A stretch of DNA of 64,000 nucleotides from Mobula hypostoma (lineage: Eukaryota): positions 201,564,001-201,628,000 of the forward strand of contig NC_086097.1 of the NCBI RefSeq assembly GCF_963921235.1, in the 5' to 3' direction. Below are positions 23,872 through 36,876 of this stretch, in pieces; positions within the stretch are counted from its first letter, which is position 1; every line of letters begins with the position of its first letter. Below the pieces are notes generated by a model. It was not told where the DNA came from. It did not search any database and saw nothing but the letters and a program-made list of their open reading frames with translations. A program made the position numbers and the translations under genes.

Positions 23872-24845
23872 AAGACCATAAGACATAGGAGCAGAATTAG
23901 GCCATCTGGCCCATCGAGTCTGCTCCACCATTCAATCATGGCTGATCCTTCTTTTTTCTCCTCCTCAACCCCAGTTCCCAGCCTTCTCCTGGTAACCTTT
24001 GATACCATGTCCAGTCAAGAACCTATCAATCTCTGCCTTAAATACACCCAATAATCTGGCCTCCACTGCTGCATATGGCAACGAATTCTACAAATTCACC
24101 AACCTTTGGCAAAAGAAATTTCTCCACCTCTCTGTTTTGAAAGGGTGCCCCTCCATCCTGAGGCTGTGCCCTCTTGTCCTTGACTCTGCCACCATGGGAA
24201 ACATCTTTTCCACATCTACTCTGTCTAGGCCTTTCAACATTTGAAAGGTCTCAATGAGATCCCCCCTCATCCTTCTGCATTCCAGTGAGTACAGACCCAG
24301 AATCATCAAACGTTCCTCGTTTGATAACCCTTTCATTCCTGGAACCATCCTTGTGAACCTCCTTTGGACCCTCTCCAATGCCAGCACATCTTTTCTAAGA
24401 TGAGGGGCCCAAAACTGTTCACAATACTCAAGGTAAGGCCTCACCAGTGCATTATAAAGTGTCAGCATCACATCCTTGCTCTTGTATTCTCAACCTCTTG
24501 AAATGAATGCTAACATGGCATTTGCCTTCCTCACCACTGACTTAACTGCAAGTAAACCTTTAGGGTGTTCTACACAAGAACTCCCAAGTCCCTTTGCATC
24601 TCAGATTTTTGGGTTTTCTCCCCGTTTAGAAAATAGTTTGCACATTTATTTCTAAAGTTCATGACCATGCATTTTCCAACTTCGCATTTCATTTGCCACT
24701 TTCTTGCCCATTCTCCTATTCTGTCTAAGTCCTTCTGCATCCCACCTGTTTCCTCAACAGTACCTGCCCCTCCATCAATTTTTGTATCATCTGCAGACTT
24801 GACAACAAAGCCATCTATTCCATCACCTAAATCATTTATATGCAG
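23872..24845 (-). mobile_element. CR1 LINE 3' portion
   Basis: ORFs 24570-24872 (ADDTKI) and 24088-24471; 3' UTR with TCTTATGG repeats. Confidence 0.9.
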
Positions 24846-25889
24846 CAGGGGTCGATATAGAAGTATTAGCAATGGAAAGATTTTTAAATGAGCATGTGAA
24901 CCTTAAAATCAGCATATTACCAAGAGACTTCGCAGATCAGTAAGCACTGGAGTGAATGATGATTGAGACATGGTTTAAATGTGTAATGTGGGGATTGGCA
25001 GAGTAATATTTTGAAGGTCTGATTTAAAGATTACAAAGCCATCGATTTTGACTCTTGATAAGGCAGATGCTGCTGAAGGGTATCTTTGTTAAGAAAGGAA
25101 AATGGAATTTTCTTTTATGTGGACCATTACTTTTAATATAACCTTTTACAGCTAGTTTTACTGAATTTAGAAAGGATAATAACCGTCCTATTGAAAGTTT
25201 CGGTTTGTGACATCAGCTGAACAAGCATGTCAAGAAATTAAAGAAAATAAGCTATTTAACCAACAGGGGTTTTAACGTATAATCTGTGATATAATTTTTA
25301 AAACGCAAACCATTTTAGCACCTAGTGTGTCAAGATCAGTGTAATAATTTCATTCTTACTGTTGATTTTGGGGTCAAGATTTTCCAGCAGATGGAAAGGA
25401 TTGCTGTTATTATTTTATAAAGCAGATGGATATTCTGTTTGGTTGCCATTCTTATTGTAACTAATTAATATGTACGTCAATAAACAACAAAAATTCTGTA
25501 TTTCATGGAAGGATTTTCAAAAGCAGAACTGAGCACCAAAATATGATAGAGGAGTTTAGTTCACTGACAAACAAAAGAATAAATATAACCTAATAAATTA
25601 AGGTGTGCATCAGTTGCATTGAGCATTTTCATCATTATGTAAATTAACGAGCAATTCCCTCTGTTGCTATTTTGCCGTCTCTTTTCTTTCAAATAATAAG
25701 TTATATTTAATTTAATTTTTAGAATAGTTCAAAGAGGCAGGGCATACTGGGAGCAGCACCAGGCCTACCTAACAATGTTAATGCTGCAACATAGGATGTC
25801 ATGTACGCTAATTTGCGAAAACAGCATGCAGTATACAGAACTATGTCATCTCACTACTAATGGATCAGTTCAAACTCTGCAGTACCATT

Positions 25890-27260
25890 ATATCATGATT
25901 GGTGGTGGACAATTAAACAGCTAATGGGAGGAGGAGGCACCAAGAATTTCTCATCCTTAATGATTCAGGCCCAGCATGTGAGTGCAATAGGCAAAGCTGA
26001 AGCATTTGCAGTCACATTCAGCCAGAAGTGCCAAAGGGAAGATCCACCTTGGCTTCCTTCTCAGGTCATCACCATCACAGAAGTCAACCTTCAGCCAATT
26101 TGATTCAGACCATTCAATTGTTCAGCCATGGTCACACTCTGATTGATAAATAAATAGATAGATAGATAAATAACTATGAAGACCGCCAGCAAGGCAGTAT
26201 TTACAGCCCATGGATTCTTGCCTTTGAGAAGGTGGTTGTAGATAGGCTCTTGAACTACTGCAGTCCTGTTGGTGAAGGTACTTCCACACAGCTGTTAGAT
26301 CAGAAGTTCCAGGATTTTGACCCAATTATGATGATGATGTAACTGCAATATCATTTCAGTCAGGAAGTTGTGTGATTCAGAGGGGTTTCTGTGAGTCGGC
26401 CTTCCTTGCCTTTCTTGCTGGTAAAGATCATGAATTTGGGAGATGATATCAAAATAGGTCCAGAAAATGACTGCAGTGCATTTTATAGATGCTATATACC
26501 ACATCCAGTAATGAATTTAACGAAGTTTTTGGTTAGTGGATGTGGATTACTTTGCCCTTTTTGGTGTTGAGTATTGGTGGATCTCCAGGATTTAACAGGA
26601 AAGCAGGTCAGAGACTGTGTCTCTCCTCATAATACCACAAAGTCTTTCCATTGTCTAAAAGGCACAAGTAAAGAATCTGATGGAATAGTTCCCACATCCA
26701 TAGAATGAAAGCTTCAGCGTTACTTATCCCCCTGCTCTTCGATGCCCACTTTGAGTTAAGCCAGCATCACTTGACATTTGAACTCATCATAGCTTTCAAC
26801 CAAACATGGACCAAAGAGCTGACTTCCAGAGTTGGCACAGTTTGACTAAGTGTTGCATTAATGGTGTTCTAGTTCTAAAGGGTAAATACTGCAGTGACTG
26901 GAGTATTTCTCACTCAAAGAAAAAGGGTTTTGGTTGTTGGAGTTTAATCATTCTAACCCCAAGACATTATTACAAGAATTCCTCAGGGCACCTAAGCCAA
27001 ACCATCTTTTAACTGCTCATCCATGACCTTTCTTCATCATTAGATCTTTGCTGATGGTTGCACAATGTCTAATTCGGTTTGCAATTTCTCAGAAAAGGAA
27101 ATAATCCATGACTGCGTTTAACAAGACCTAAACATCATTTATGCATTGTTTGACATGTGCGAAGAAATATTTCCACAACAGAAGTGTAATCTAATGACCC
27201 TCTCCAGCAAAAGAAATCCAAGCCTTTGTCCTTGAAATTCAATGGCGTTGGAATCTACCA
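25890..27260. mobile_element. old CR1-group LINE fragments in mixed orientation
   Basis: Plus WWTIKQLMGGGG...KAEAFAVTFSQKC; minus 3' end about 26190-26720; plus RT remnants about 26760-27250. Confidence 0.6.
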
Positions 27261-27786
27261 TCAAAATTTGACATATTACCAAGTAAAACTAAAATTCTGG
27301 AAATACTTAGCAAGTCAGACTGCATCTGAGTTGTAAACATAGACCTAGTACCAATTGTGACCCAAATTAGAAATGAAATTTTGACTCTTATTTGGGAATT
27401 GCAAGCACCATTCAGAAGTGATCAATTTTATATCATGCAGTAGTTCCTTCATGGGACTTGAGGTTGCTTTTACATTCAATACAAAAAATCTGGAAGAATT
27501 TTTTTCCCACAGGAGAAGGAGGGGATGCATTCTTTTGAACAAAAGCATATTTATGTTGATAAAATTCTTTCAAGAGGCTGGGCAGGCATTGGTGCTCTCC
27601 GCGATATTTTATTCTGAAAAACCACAGACAACATCGCAGATTAATTTCTTCTTTATTATAAACTATTAAAAATTTGAAGGTAATTATGACTTGAGCACAT
27701 ATGATTAATCACAAAGGAAAAGTGTGAAATACAACGGGGAGGAAAAAAGTGTTTGTGGCTCAAAGTTCATCTTTTTATATTGATAG

Positions 27787-27904
27787 GCATTGAAGCAGCA
27801 GCAAAAGAGAAGGATTGGTGTTTCTATGATGATGAACAAGGCCATTCCTTGTGTTGTACTGACACCACTAAAAGTATCAGAAGAGCATTCAGAATCACCA
27901 CCTG
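27787..27904 (+). CDS. ASXL3: ASXL3 (additional sex combs like 3) internal coding exon, 118 nt, phase 0 to 1
   Basis: ctttttatattgatag acceptor, CTG/gtaagt donor; [39 protein letters not shown] closely matches remembered vertebrate ASXL3 [39 protein letters not shown]. Confidence 0.92.
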
Positions 27905-27923
27905 GTAAGTCGCAATACTGAAT

Positions 27924-28143
27924 CCAAACAACACACTCAAAATGTTGGAGGAACTCAGCAGGCCAAGCAGCATCTATGAACAAAAAGCACAATAGACCTT
28001 TTGGGCCAAGACCCTTCTGCATTTCTCCAAATTCCTCCAGCATTTTGTATATTTTCCCATAGATGCTGCCTGGCCTGCTGAGTTCCTCCAGCATTTTGTG
28101 TGTGTTGTTTGGATTTCCAGCATCTGCAGATTTTCTCTTATTT
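27924..28143 (+). mobile_element. Penelope-derived hairpin element
   Basis: 9-bp TSD ATACTGAAT (27915-27923, 28144-28152); inverted arms about 27922-27978 and 28058-28114. Confidence 0.75.
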
Positions 28144-31100
28144 ATACTGAATTGACTTCAGTGTTTCTTGACCTATTTATGGAAGTCAGATGGCAAGTCA
28201 TGGCCGTTAAAACAATTCCACTCTTGCTGATCTTTCCAGTGGAGTAATAACACAGATTATGCTTATTCACATCACAAGATTTCCTTCATATGATGTTGTC
28301 AAACTGAACATGCTGGTCTAAAGGAAAACATATAAAATCATTATTGGAATAACAGAGAAGGACATTCAGAAGATTTTAAAGCATAATAATGCACTTTATG
28401 CAGAAGCACAAGGTGCCACATGCATTGTTTATGTATTCTGAACAATCTTTGTTTATATGCTTTTAAATATAAGCAATTAGCATGATTAGTAGCAAATAAA
28501 TAGGTTACTGGAGTTTCTAATTACAAAATGCTTTCATTGTATGGTAATTTGCAGATAAAAATACTGCTCCGCAATTAACTCTTCTCTGGAAAAGATTTGT
28601 CAAATAAGAATGAAGTGACAATTTCAAAGCATCTTTAACCACTAGCCCTCCAAGCTTAGATGGAATAATATAATTTGCTATTTTTTGAAGCTGATGAAAC
28701 TGAACAAGAGACCCTTTCAAAAAGTAGCCATCGCTCATATCCATGGAGATGACTGCTCAATATATCTAAATATATTTTGGTGTATGTTTAAAGACTTTTG
28801 TGCTGTGTGACTGTGTGAATACATTATGAATTCAGAGTGCCTGATTGCTTAGCATTGCCATCCTGTAGAAAATCTGTATTTAAGTTGCTGATTTGGCCCT
28901 GTATGGAAAGTATATCTAATTTTGGACACTACACATTAGGAAGGATTTAAAGATGATGCAGAAGGCTTTATTGGAATCAGTGATATATGGATAGTCTGGA
29001 TAATTTGGGAGTGTCCATATAAACAAAATAGATAATGGGAAATTTTGGAGTGGCGATTAAGGAATCATAGATTAATACAACACAGAAGGAAATCATTCAA
29101 ATCTTGAGGCTGTGTGGACATTTCAAAGATTTAACCAATTAGTGGTATCCCTGCTCTTTCTGCTGTCATACAGATTTATTTTTATTTTCAAGTTATTCTC
29201 CAATTACATTTAGAAAGTTGTTATTGAATATGCTTCCATCTCTTTATCATTCTGTATATTTCGGATTAAAACAACCTCCCTGATAAATATTTCTTCCTGA
29301 CATGGTTTCTGTTCCTTTAGCCAACTAACTTTTATGTGTATTCTGTAACTGTTGTCTATTCCGGTATTAGAAATTATTTCTCCCAATTTATGCTATCAGA
29401 GATCTTCATGATCTTGAATATTGCTTTCAAACATTTTTATATTCTTGTATCTCTAAGGAGAATACCCACAGTTTCTTTTTCTCACCATGTAAGACTAAAT
29501 TATTTTATTATTTTACATTCTAATAAATCTGCTTTCACTCAGAACTCTTGATGTCTGTCCTACAGGAGAGTTTCCAGCATTAGGTACTTTCGGGGCAAAA
29601 TCAATATTTAGCAAAGCTATTTTGCTTTTCTTGACAATGCCTCCACTTTCATCACCATAAATAAAAGCTAGTTTTACTGCTTTCTGAGTTTGTCCTTCCT
29701 TCTTTATCCTTTTACTGAAATCCCTTCAACGTTGCACTCAATGGTTATTAGTGTCTCTCCTTATTTTTTTCTGCCAAAATGAATTAAGTTATACTTGTTT
29801 GTGTCAAATTTTATCTCTCACATATCCAGACATTTCAAGAGTTTTCTATGTCTTACTTAAAATTAGTACCTTGCACAATGTGAACTAAATTCCTTAACTG
29901 TGTGCCATGGCAAATGTTGAAATGATGTACTATATGTCTATAAGCAGGTCTTTAATCTGGACAAGAAAAGCAAAAGTCCCAATACCAAATCAAAACAGCC
30001 ATCACTATGTACTTCCTTCTATTGTGCAACCAACCATTCATCCTGCTCTCTGTTTTCTTTCACATAAAGAAGAGTGTAATGTATGCAGGTCTGCAGATCT
30101 TACCCAGCATATGAGGAGCACTTTAAGAATGCTGCTGTTTATGCTGTGTTCTTAACTCCTAAGAAAGTAGAAGGTAATAGTCTGATTCCTGTCTTTGCAC
30201 AATAGTAACACTTTAATGTATATGTCTTCTTGTACCAAGAAAGTTTTATACAGATGGTGTATGATCCACAAGGGGCATGGACAACTGACTAATGATTTTA
30301 TAAATTTGAATTTAGGAAACATGCTCCATGTATACATTAGATAGGGAGCTAAATTAGTAAGTGCGTGCATTGGGAAAATTTACAAAATGTTACATGAAAG
30401 TAAAGAAGACATTGCGGTGCAAGTAATATTTCAGTTCTTCCAATCTGAAAAATGTTTGGAGTATTTATTAGCCTTCCCTTCATTTGAAAAGGATAGTAAA
30501 AAGACAAAGAGTATCGATGTCAGTGTGGGGTAAATGGCAGATGGTATAGCATCGTGTTTTGTGAAGGCCACGCTGGGTATTGTAAGGAGTTACCTCCTTT
30601 GAATACTCCAAGTAAAATTATTCTGGGGTTGATCACAAATTTATTATGCATAGCTGGAGCTTGCCTTGCATACAAAATGGCAATATGCATTTCAAGGAAA
30701 AAGGTCAAATTTGAAAGTAGCTTCAGTAATCCCATGGCCTTGGCTCCTTAAAAGATATAACCCTTGAGATCTCTACATTTCCTTACTCTATACATGAGGA
30801 AAGCATTCATGCAGGTGATGTCCTGCTCCTGCGTCATGTTTCCTTTCACACTTACTGCCCATCAACCTACACAATCTGTACTGATAGCTTTGGAATTTTT
30901 TTAAGAGATGAAATAAGAACACTGTATAGTGACTTAATAGTGCTTGACTGAAATCATTAAGAAGTTATCATGTTGAAGTCCGTAGTGACCGTGATTACTG
31001 CAGATGGAGCTGTGTTTTCATTGTGGCTATCTGCAAGTAGATTGCAGCAACAAGCTCAAGCAACAGGTGCCTTTACACTTGCAGCTTAGAAAACATTTCT

Positions 31101-31964
31101 TCTTTGACCATTCACAGATTTGTGTACTAAGACATAATAACGCAAACAGATTGTTAGTAGTACTAACAATACCTGGCTTACCAGTTTTGGTTTAAATACT
31201 TGCATCTACTTTTATTTTCTCATCTTTTAATGACAACATTTACACCTGCATTGGAAATGCATTTAATTTATTTCATTTCATTAATTTTACCCTAACTGGC
31301 CATTTGCCACAGGACTTTGGAGCCTGTAATAAAAACCTTGTTAATAGAGGCAATATTTTTCCTTGATAGTCTTTCTCCAATTGTTTTTATCCTACACTTG
31401 CATATATAGTATATTCACAGTTTGATTTCATGTGTCCCAAAAGCAAAAGGTTGCTGAAGAATAAATTTAAAATAATGAGTAAAACAAAATTATCTCCAAA
31501 AATTATTTTGTGTATGTTATTTAATTAAACCAAGTAGATTGCGGTGATCTAAAATTTTTTGCCTGAAAGAGTAGTGGATTAAAATTCAAAAGTAATATTT
31601 AGAAGGGAATTAAGTGTTTGAGAAGAAAAGATTTGTAGAGCAAAAGGGAAATAGGAAGTAAATAAATCTGCTCTTTCACTGGACTTCTCTTTGCCACGTT
31701 TCTCTGAAAAAATGATACGTAATAAAACAGTACAGAAAAGTAAGACAATTTAGGACATGGCATGTGGTAAAAGTGTGCTCATGGGAGGCAGTTACCTCAT
31801 ACCTTTGGGCTCAACATGGTTGCACCTGAGTTGGCATCACCTGATGGGAGTCCTTGAAACACGCAAGCCTCCACACAATGTCAACGTTTTTATCAATCAT
31901 TGATAGAGATTATTTCTGTGATGAGCCAGCACCTACATCATTATTGCATCATGTGGCTGCTGGA

Positions 31965-32220
31965 TAGAAACATAGAAGCATAGAAAACCTACAGCACAGT
32001 ACAGATTCTTCGGCCCACAAAACTGTGCCGAACATGTCCCTACCTTAGAACTACCTAGGCTTTACCCATAGCCCTCTATTTTTCTAAGCTCCATGTAGCC
32101 ATCCAGGAGTCTCTTCAAAGACCCTATTGTTTCTGCCTCCACCGCCGCTGTCGGCAGCCCATTCCACGCGTTCACCACTCTCTGCATAAAAAACTTAACC
32201 CTGACATCTCCTCTGTACCT
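31965..32220 (-). mobile_element. CR1 LINE 3' end
   Basis: ATAGAAAC tail repeats and reverse complement of FMQRVVNAWNGLP. Confidence 0.8.
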
Positions 32221-32299
32221 AAATGGGTAGGTGGGCTGAAGAGCCTTTTCCTGAGATGTAGTGTTCTATGAGTCTGATTTTATAATATAATAATATTAG

Positions 32300-32525
32300 C
32301 ATTAATTGTCAAATGTACAGCAAAACATAAAATGGGATGCGTTGTTTGTGTCAATGACCAAGACAGTCTGCAAATGTCACCTCGCTTCTAGTGCCCACAA
32401 TGCATACCCATAAATTACTAACCCTAACTCATAAGACTTTGAACGGTGGGAGGAAACTTGAGCAACTGAAACCCACACAGTCATGGGTAGAACGTACGAA
32501 CTCCTTACAGACAGCGGTGGGAATT
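32300..32525 (-). mobile_element. SINE (V-SINE/HE1-like)
   Basis: GTGGGAGGAAAC...GAAACCCAC...AACTCCTTACAGACAGCGGTGGGAATTGAA (B-box-like on minus strand). Confidence 0.65.
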
Positions 32526-33649
32526 GAATTCTGATGTTAGAAAGAGAATAATATTAATTTTAATCTTCATTTGTACAGCAATTCCTGTATTCAAAACAAT
32601 TGCAAACCCTGCACACTTACAAGAATGTTATCATATTAAGAGCTTCCTTCATCCCGTTCAAAGGGGTTCCCAACCCAATTCCCATCTAAAGGGAAGATAT
32701 GAAATAAAAGCTCAAAAAACTGTTTATTAAGTACTTATTTTAATATTGTTGTGTGCCCCCATAGAATGAAAAGAAAGATATATGAGAGGAGTCCAATACG
32801 TAAAAGGAACCTAGCCAAACTTTTGCTCGTGGAAGATTTTCTGATTTCACTCACCGTGTTAGTTGATAGGCACAAACTAGTCAGGCTTGTGTAGTCTTAA
32901 TGTAATTCATTTAAACAAATTATCATCTTTTCCCAGATGCCAAAGTAAACACAAAATTTTTAATTACAGCGTAAGCATTTCTGATTTATCTCTTATATTT
33001 CTATACAGTTTATTTCATGGATGGAGTTGCTGCTACAATGGAGAAAGATTTCATAAATGCTGTTAATGTAATTTGTGGTACTATGAATATTGTATGCACT
33101 GTTACTCTTCAGCCAAGATCCTGTCATATCTCATGATTCATTTCATCATAATCATGAAGAAGGTTTTGAGATTGATCTAAATCTTTAGGGATGGGTGATA
33201 TTGCTTCAAGACTATAATTTTACATCTACAAATGTTTGTTGAAGAATATAGTATCTAGTATAATAGCAATCAGAGCAAGTGAAGTTGTGCATTCAAATGC
33301 CTGAACTGAACACTGAGTGTATAACTGCAGGGGCAAACACAGAAATGTAGATTTGATAACCTTTGAAGGGAGATGTTAAGTAGATGCATGATATACATGT
33401 ACACTTAGTAGTTACATCATTAGGTATACCGGTACACCTGCTCACTAATGCAAATATCTAATCAGTCAATCAAGTCTGTAACTCAGTGCATAAGAGCTTG
33501 CAAACATGGTCAAAAGGTTCATTTGTTGTTCAGACGAAATATCAGAATGGGAAATAAATGTGAACTAAGTGACTTGGATTGTTGGGGCCAAACAGGATGA
33601 TTTGAGCACAGGTTGCTGATCGAGGATTTTCATGCAGAAGTCTTTCGAG

Positions 33650-33729
33650 CAGGGATTCCCAGCCTCGGGTCCATGGACCCCTCCATTAATGGTAAGGGCT
33701 AATGGCATAAATTAGGTTGGGAACCCCTT
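33650..33729. mobile_element. hAT-type MITE
   Basis: CAGGGATTCCCAGCC / GGTTGGGAACCCCTT termini; imperfect 8-bp TSD CTTTCGAG/CTCTAGAG. Confidence 0.6.
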
Positions 33730-33799
33730 CTCTAGAGATTGCAGAGAATGTTGCGAAAAATTAAAAAAAAGAACATTTCGTGGGCGAAAATGCCTTGTT

Positions 33800-34178
33800 A
33801 GAATATAGAAGGATACAGCACAGGAACAGGCCATTCGGCCCATAATGTTGTGCTGAACCCCTTAAAAGCAAATCAAAAACACCCAAATACTAATCCCTTC
33901 TACCTACAGCATATCCATATCCTTCCATCTTCCTTATTTCCATGTGCCTATCCAAACGGCCCTTAAAGGCCTCTACTGTATTTGGCTCTACCACCATACC
34001 AGGCAGCGCATTCCAGGCATCCATCACTCTCTGTGTAAAAAAATTACCCCACACATCCCTCTTGAACCTACCGCCCCTCACTTTCAATGCATGCCCTCTG
34101 GTCCCTGGGAAAGAGATCCTCTCTATCCACTTTATCTATGCCTCTCATAATCTTGTAAACCTCGATCAGATCTCCCCT
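33800..34178 (-). mobile_element. CR1 LINE 3' end
   Basis: RGDLIEVYKIMRGIDKVD and FFTQRVMDAWNALP. Confidence 0.9.
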
Positions 34179-35547
34179 GAGAGAGGTCAAAGGAGAATGG
34201 CCAGACTGGTTCAAGTTGACAGGAGGGTGACAGCAACTCAAATAACCACACATTACAACAGAGGTGTGCAGAAGAATGTGTGAATGCATAATATGTTAAA
34301 CCCTGAACAGTTTACAGCAGCAGAAAACTATGAACATACATTCACTGGCCACTTTATTAGCTACCTCCTGTTTCTAGTAAAGTGGTCACTGAGTGTAAAT
34401 CCTTTCCCCGTGTGCCTGCAAACACAAGAGCTCAGAATAGAATGTGTATTTCATTTGCCTAGTGTCAGGTATGTGAACAATGGATCTACCCAGCAGAGCG
34501 AAGTGAGTGTATCCAGGAGCTGAGCGCAGGGAATATTGAATATTTGTCAGAGTCTTTGATGACATACCAAATCTCCTGAATCTTCTAAGAAATTTGATGT
34601 ACTGGCATGCCATCATGATTGTATTTATGGCTGTTAAGTGTTTTTTACTGAGTACTTTTGAATGCTTACTTTCATCACACTGCCAACTCAACACCTATTT
34701 CCAGAGAAGTGATAGGTTGACCTGAAGTGTTTAATTCTGATTTAAGAGTATAACATTGCAAACTTTGTGGAGTCTTCAAGATTCTAGCCATGACAAAGAA
34801 GTCAAATAATCTTCATGGAGCAAATGCATCCCTTTTAAAATCACAGCACACTCTAAGGAAGCGTACTATTTAAATTAAATAAGTGTAATTAGTGCCATTT
34901 GTTTAGGATTTTCTTGGATTGTTAAACACTGGCAAGCTGCTATAAGTCACTAACATGCTATATTTAAATAAATAGATTGCAGGGACCAGAAGGAAAGAAC
35001 AGCAACATGAAGCTTTGTTTTCATTCTAAAAAAAATACAAGCACTGGTCCATTACTCTATGGAATCTGATTTGCATCTGAAGATGACTGCTAAGACCAGT
35101 CATACTCAAGTGTGCCACTTTCAATAAAAACTGCTGAATAGAACATCTTGGTGTAACTAGATAAGATATTTCTCCTGAGTCAAATAACTCCTAAGAGGTT
35201 AATTTGCAGTGAATATTTAGCCGCTGCTCTTTTGCACTCAAGTAAAGCAGCATAGCATAGATACTCAAGGAAATGCCTAGTGGAATGTTATTAGTGAAGC
35301 ATTAATTAAATGATGGATAAGTAATGATTTTTAAAATAGAAAACTACCATAATAGAGCCCAGTGATAATGTACCAACAATGGGAACTGTTAACTCTTGAT
35401 GGGCTTTTTACTTGACACTATGATCTGTATTATTGTATGTACTACAATAAAATCCCAACTATTGTTGCCAGTAAATGTGCAGAGCAGAGAAATAGATGTG
35501 TAGAACATTATTCAGTAAGATTAAATCAATTTTATGTATTTTTCCAG

Positions 35548-35676
35548 GATTTGAATCAAGCAATATGGGTGAGCTGAATGGTTCTGAAAAAGAATCAAAA
35601 GATGGGGCAAGATCTTCACCAAGTCTCATTAAGACATCAGATCAGCACCTGAAAAGACTGAAGAGATCCAGTTCAG
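35548..35676 (+). CDS. ASXL3: ASXL3 internal coding exon, 129 nt, phase 1 to 1
   Basis: tatttttccag acceptor, CAG/gtac donor; in frame with the previous exon; (G)FESSNMGELNGSEKESKDGARSSPSLIKTSDQHLKRLKRSSS matches remembered ASXL3 ...KQTSQHLKRLKKSG. Confidence 0.9.
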
Positions 35677-36299
35677 GTACATCTCATAAAACTTTCCAAA
35701 TTATGGCAGTATTAATTATAGATTTTCTACAAAATGTAAGTATCAACAAACCAAGATTCAAAAGACTACTGTATTTAGTTTAAAAAGGCTTTGGGACAGA
35801 TTTTGCAGTGCTGTCAGTTCGGATTAGTATTTTATCAGCAGATTTTTGCACATCAAGACGCTGTTAGCCAAGCATTCAAAGCATACTCTGCAGCGCACAT
35901 AGGAACTGCATGAACAAGAAATCACGTTCAAAGAATAATGAACATACAACACAGAGGCTGAATCAGGAGGAGAAAATTGGAGCAGTGAACAAAATCAGGT
36001 AAAGGAAATTAAAAGATAGAAGGGACATAAAGGCAGCACAAGAAGTAAATTAAATACCATACGCAGAAAATACTTAGTATTAATTAAAAAATCAAAGGAA
36101 TGTGACTATACTTGTCAAACATTAATTTTCAGTGCCAGAAAGACTATTTAGCAGTTAAATACATATGGAGATTTAAAGAAAGAGAATGTGGAAAAATAGC
36201 GTCATGTGACAGGTTAAATTTAACAGGTATTAATTTATTCTGATATGAGGAAAAACTAAGCTAAGTGTCTTAAAAGCAATATATTTGAGATATCGGAAA

Positions 36300-36490
36300 T
36301 AAGATGCTGGAAATATTCAGCAGGTCAGACAGCTTCTATGGAGAGAGACACAGGAAATACCTCACTTCAATGACGTATTAATCAGAAATCATCATCAGTT
36401 CTGATGAAAAGTTGTCAACTCAAAACATTAATTCTATTTCTCACCACAGATGCTGTCTGACCTAACTATTTCAAAGGTTTTCTGTTTTGT
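36300..36490. mobile_element. old Penelope-derived hairpin element
   Basis: GATGCTGGAAAT..CAGCAGGTCAGACAGC arm, central CTGATGAA, opposite arm GATGCTGTCTGACC. Confidence 0.55.
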
Positions 36491-36876
36491 TTGTAAACAA
36501 AATGACTTAATTTTAAAATGTGCCATAGGAAGTGAGATTCTTTAAGTAACCACGTTTTCAAAGGCTCATAAAAAGGAACACCCAATATCTAGCATTATAA
36601 ATAAAGGATATAAGGTGCAATGAGCAAGAAAACTATGTTAGTTCTTTATAGGAGATCAGCTAGATCCCATCTGGAGATATATGACTAAGTTAACCATGCA
36701 GTTGGTGGCAAATGGCATTGAAACATGAATTCATGCTTTGGCCACTCAGTAAGATCAGTGAAGTACTTGACAGTTCCGCACTGCTTTCAGAATATCTCTA
36801 GAGAAACACTTAGCCCCTGTCGGATGGATCTTCTCTTCTTTCCATCTGTTCCAGTACTCCACGGAAAACATGAGTA

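Larger units (their letters stand above)
33402..34395 (+). mobile_element. non-autonomous Tc1-like element with nested MITE and CR1
   Basis: TA/CACTTAGT ... CACTGAGTG/TA; transposase remnant ERGQRRMARLVQVDRRVTATQITTHYN. Confidence 0.8.

Noticed and set aside
27787..27904. Second open frame across the exon ([17 protein letters not shown]...)
   Set aside because: Hits a stop immediately on splicing to 35548; a 39-codon open frame is unremarkable
35650..35676. KRLKR read as a furin site of a TNF/EDA-like ligand
   Set aside because: Context with the upstream exon identifies nuclear ASXL3; the basic patch is part of its conserved sequence
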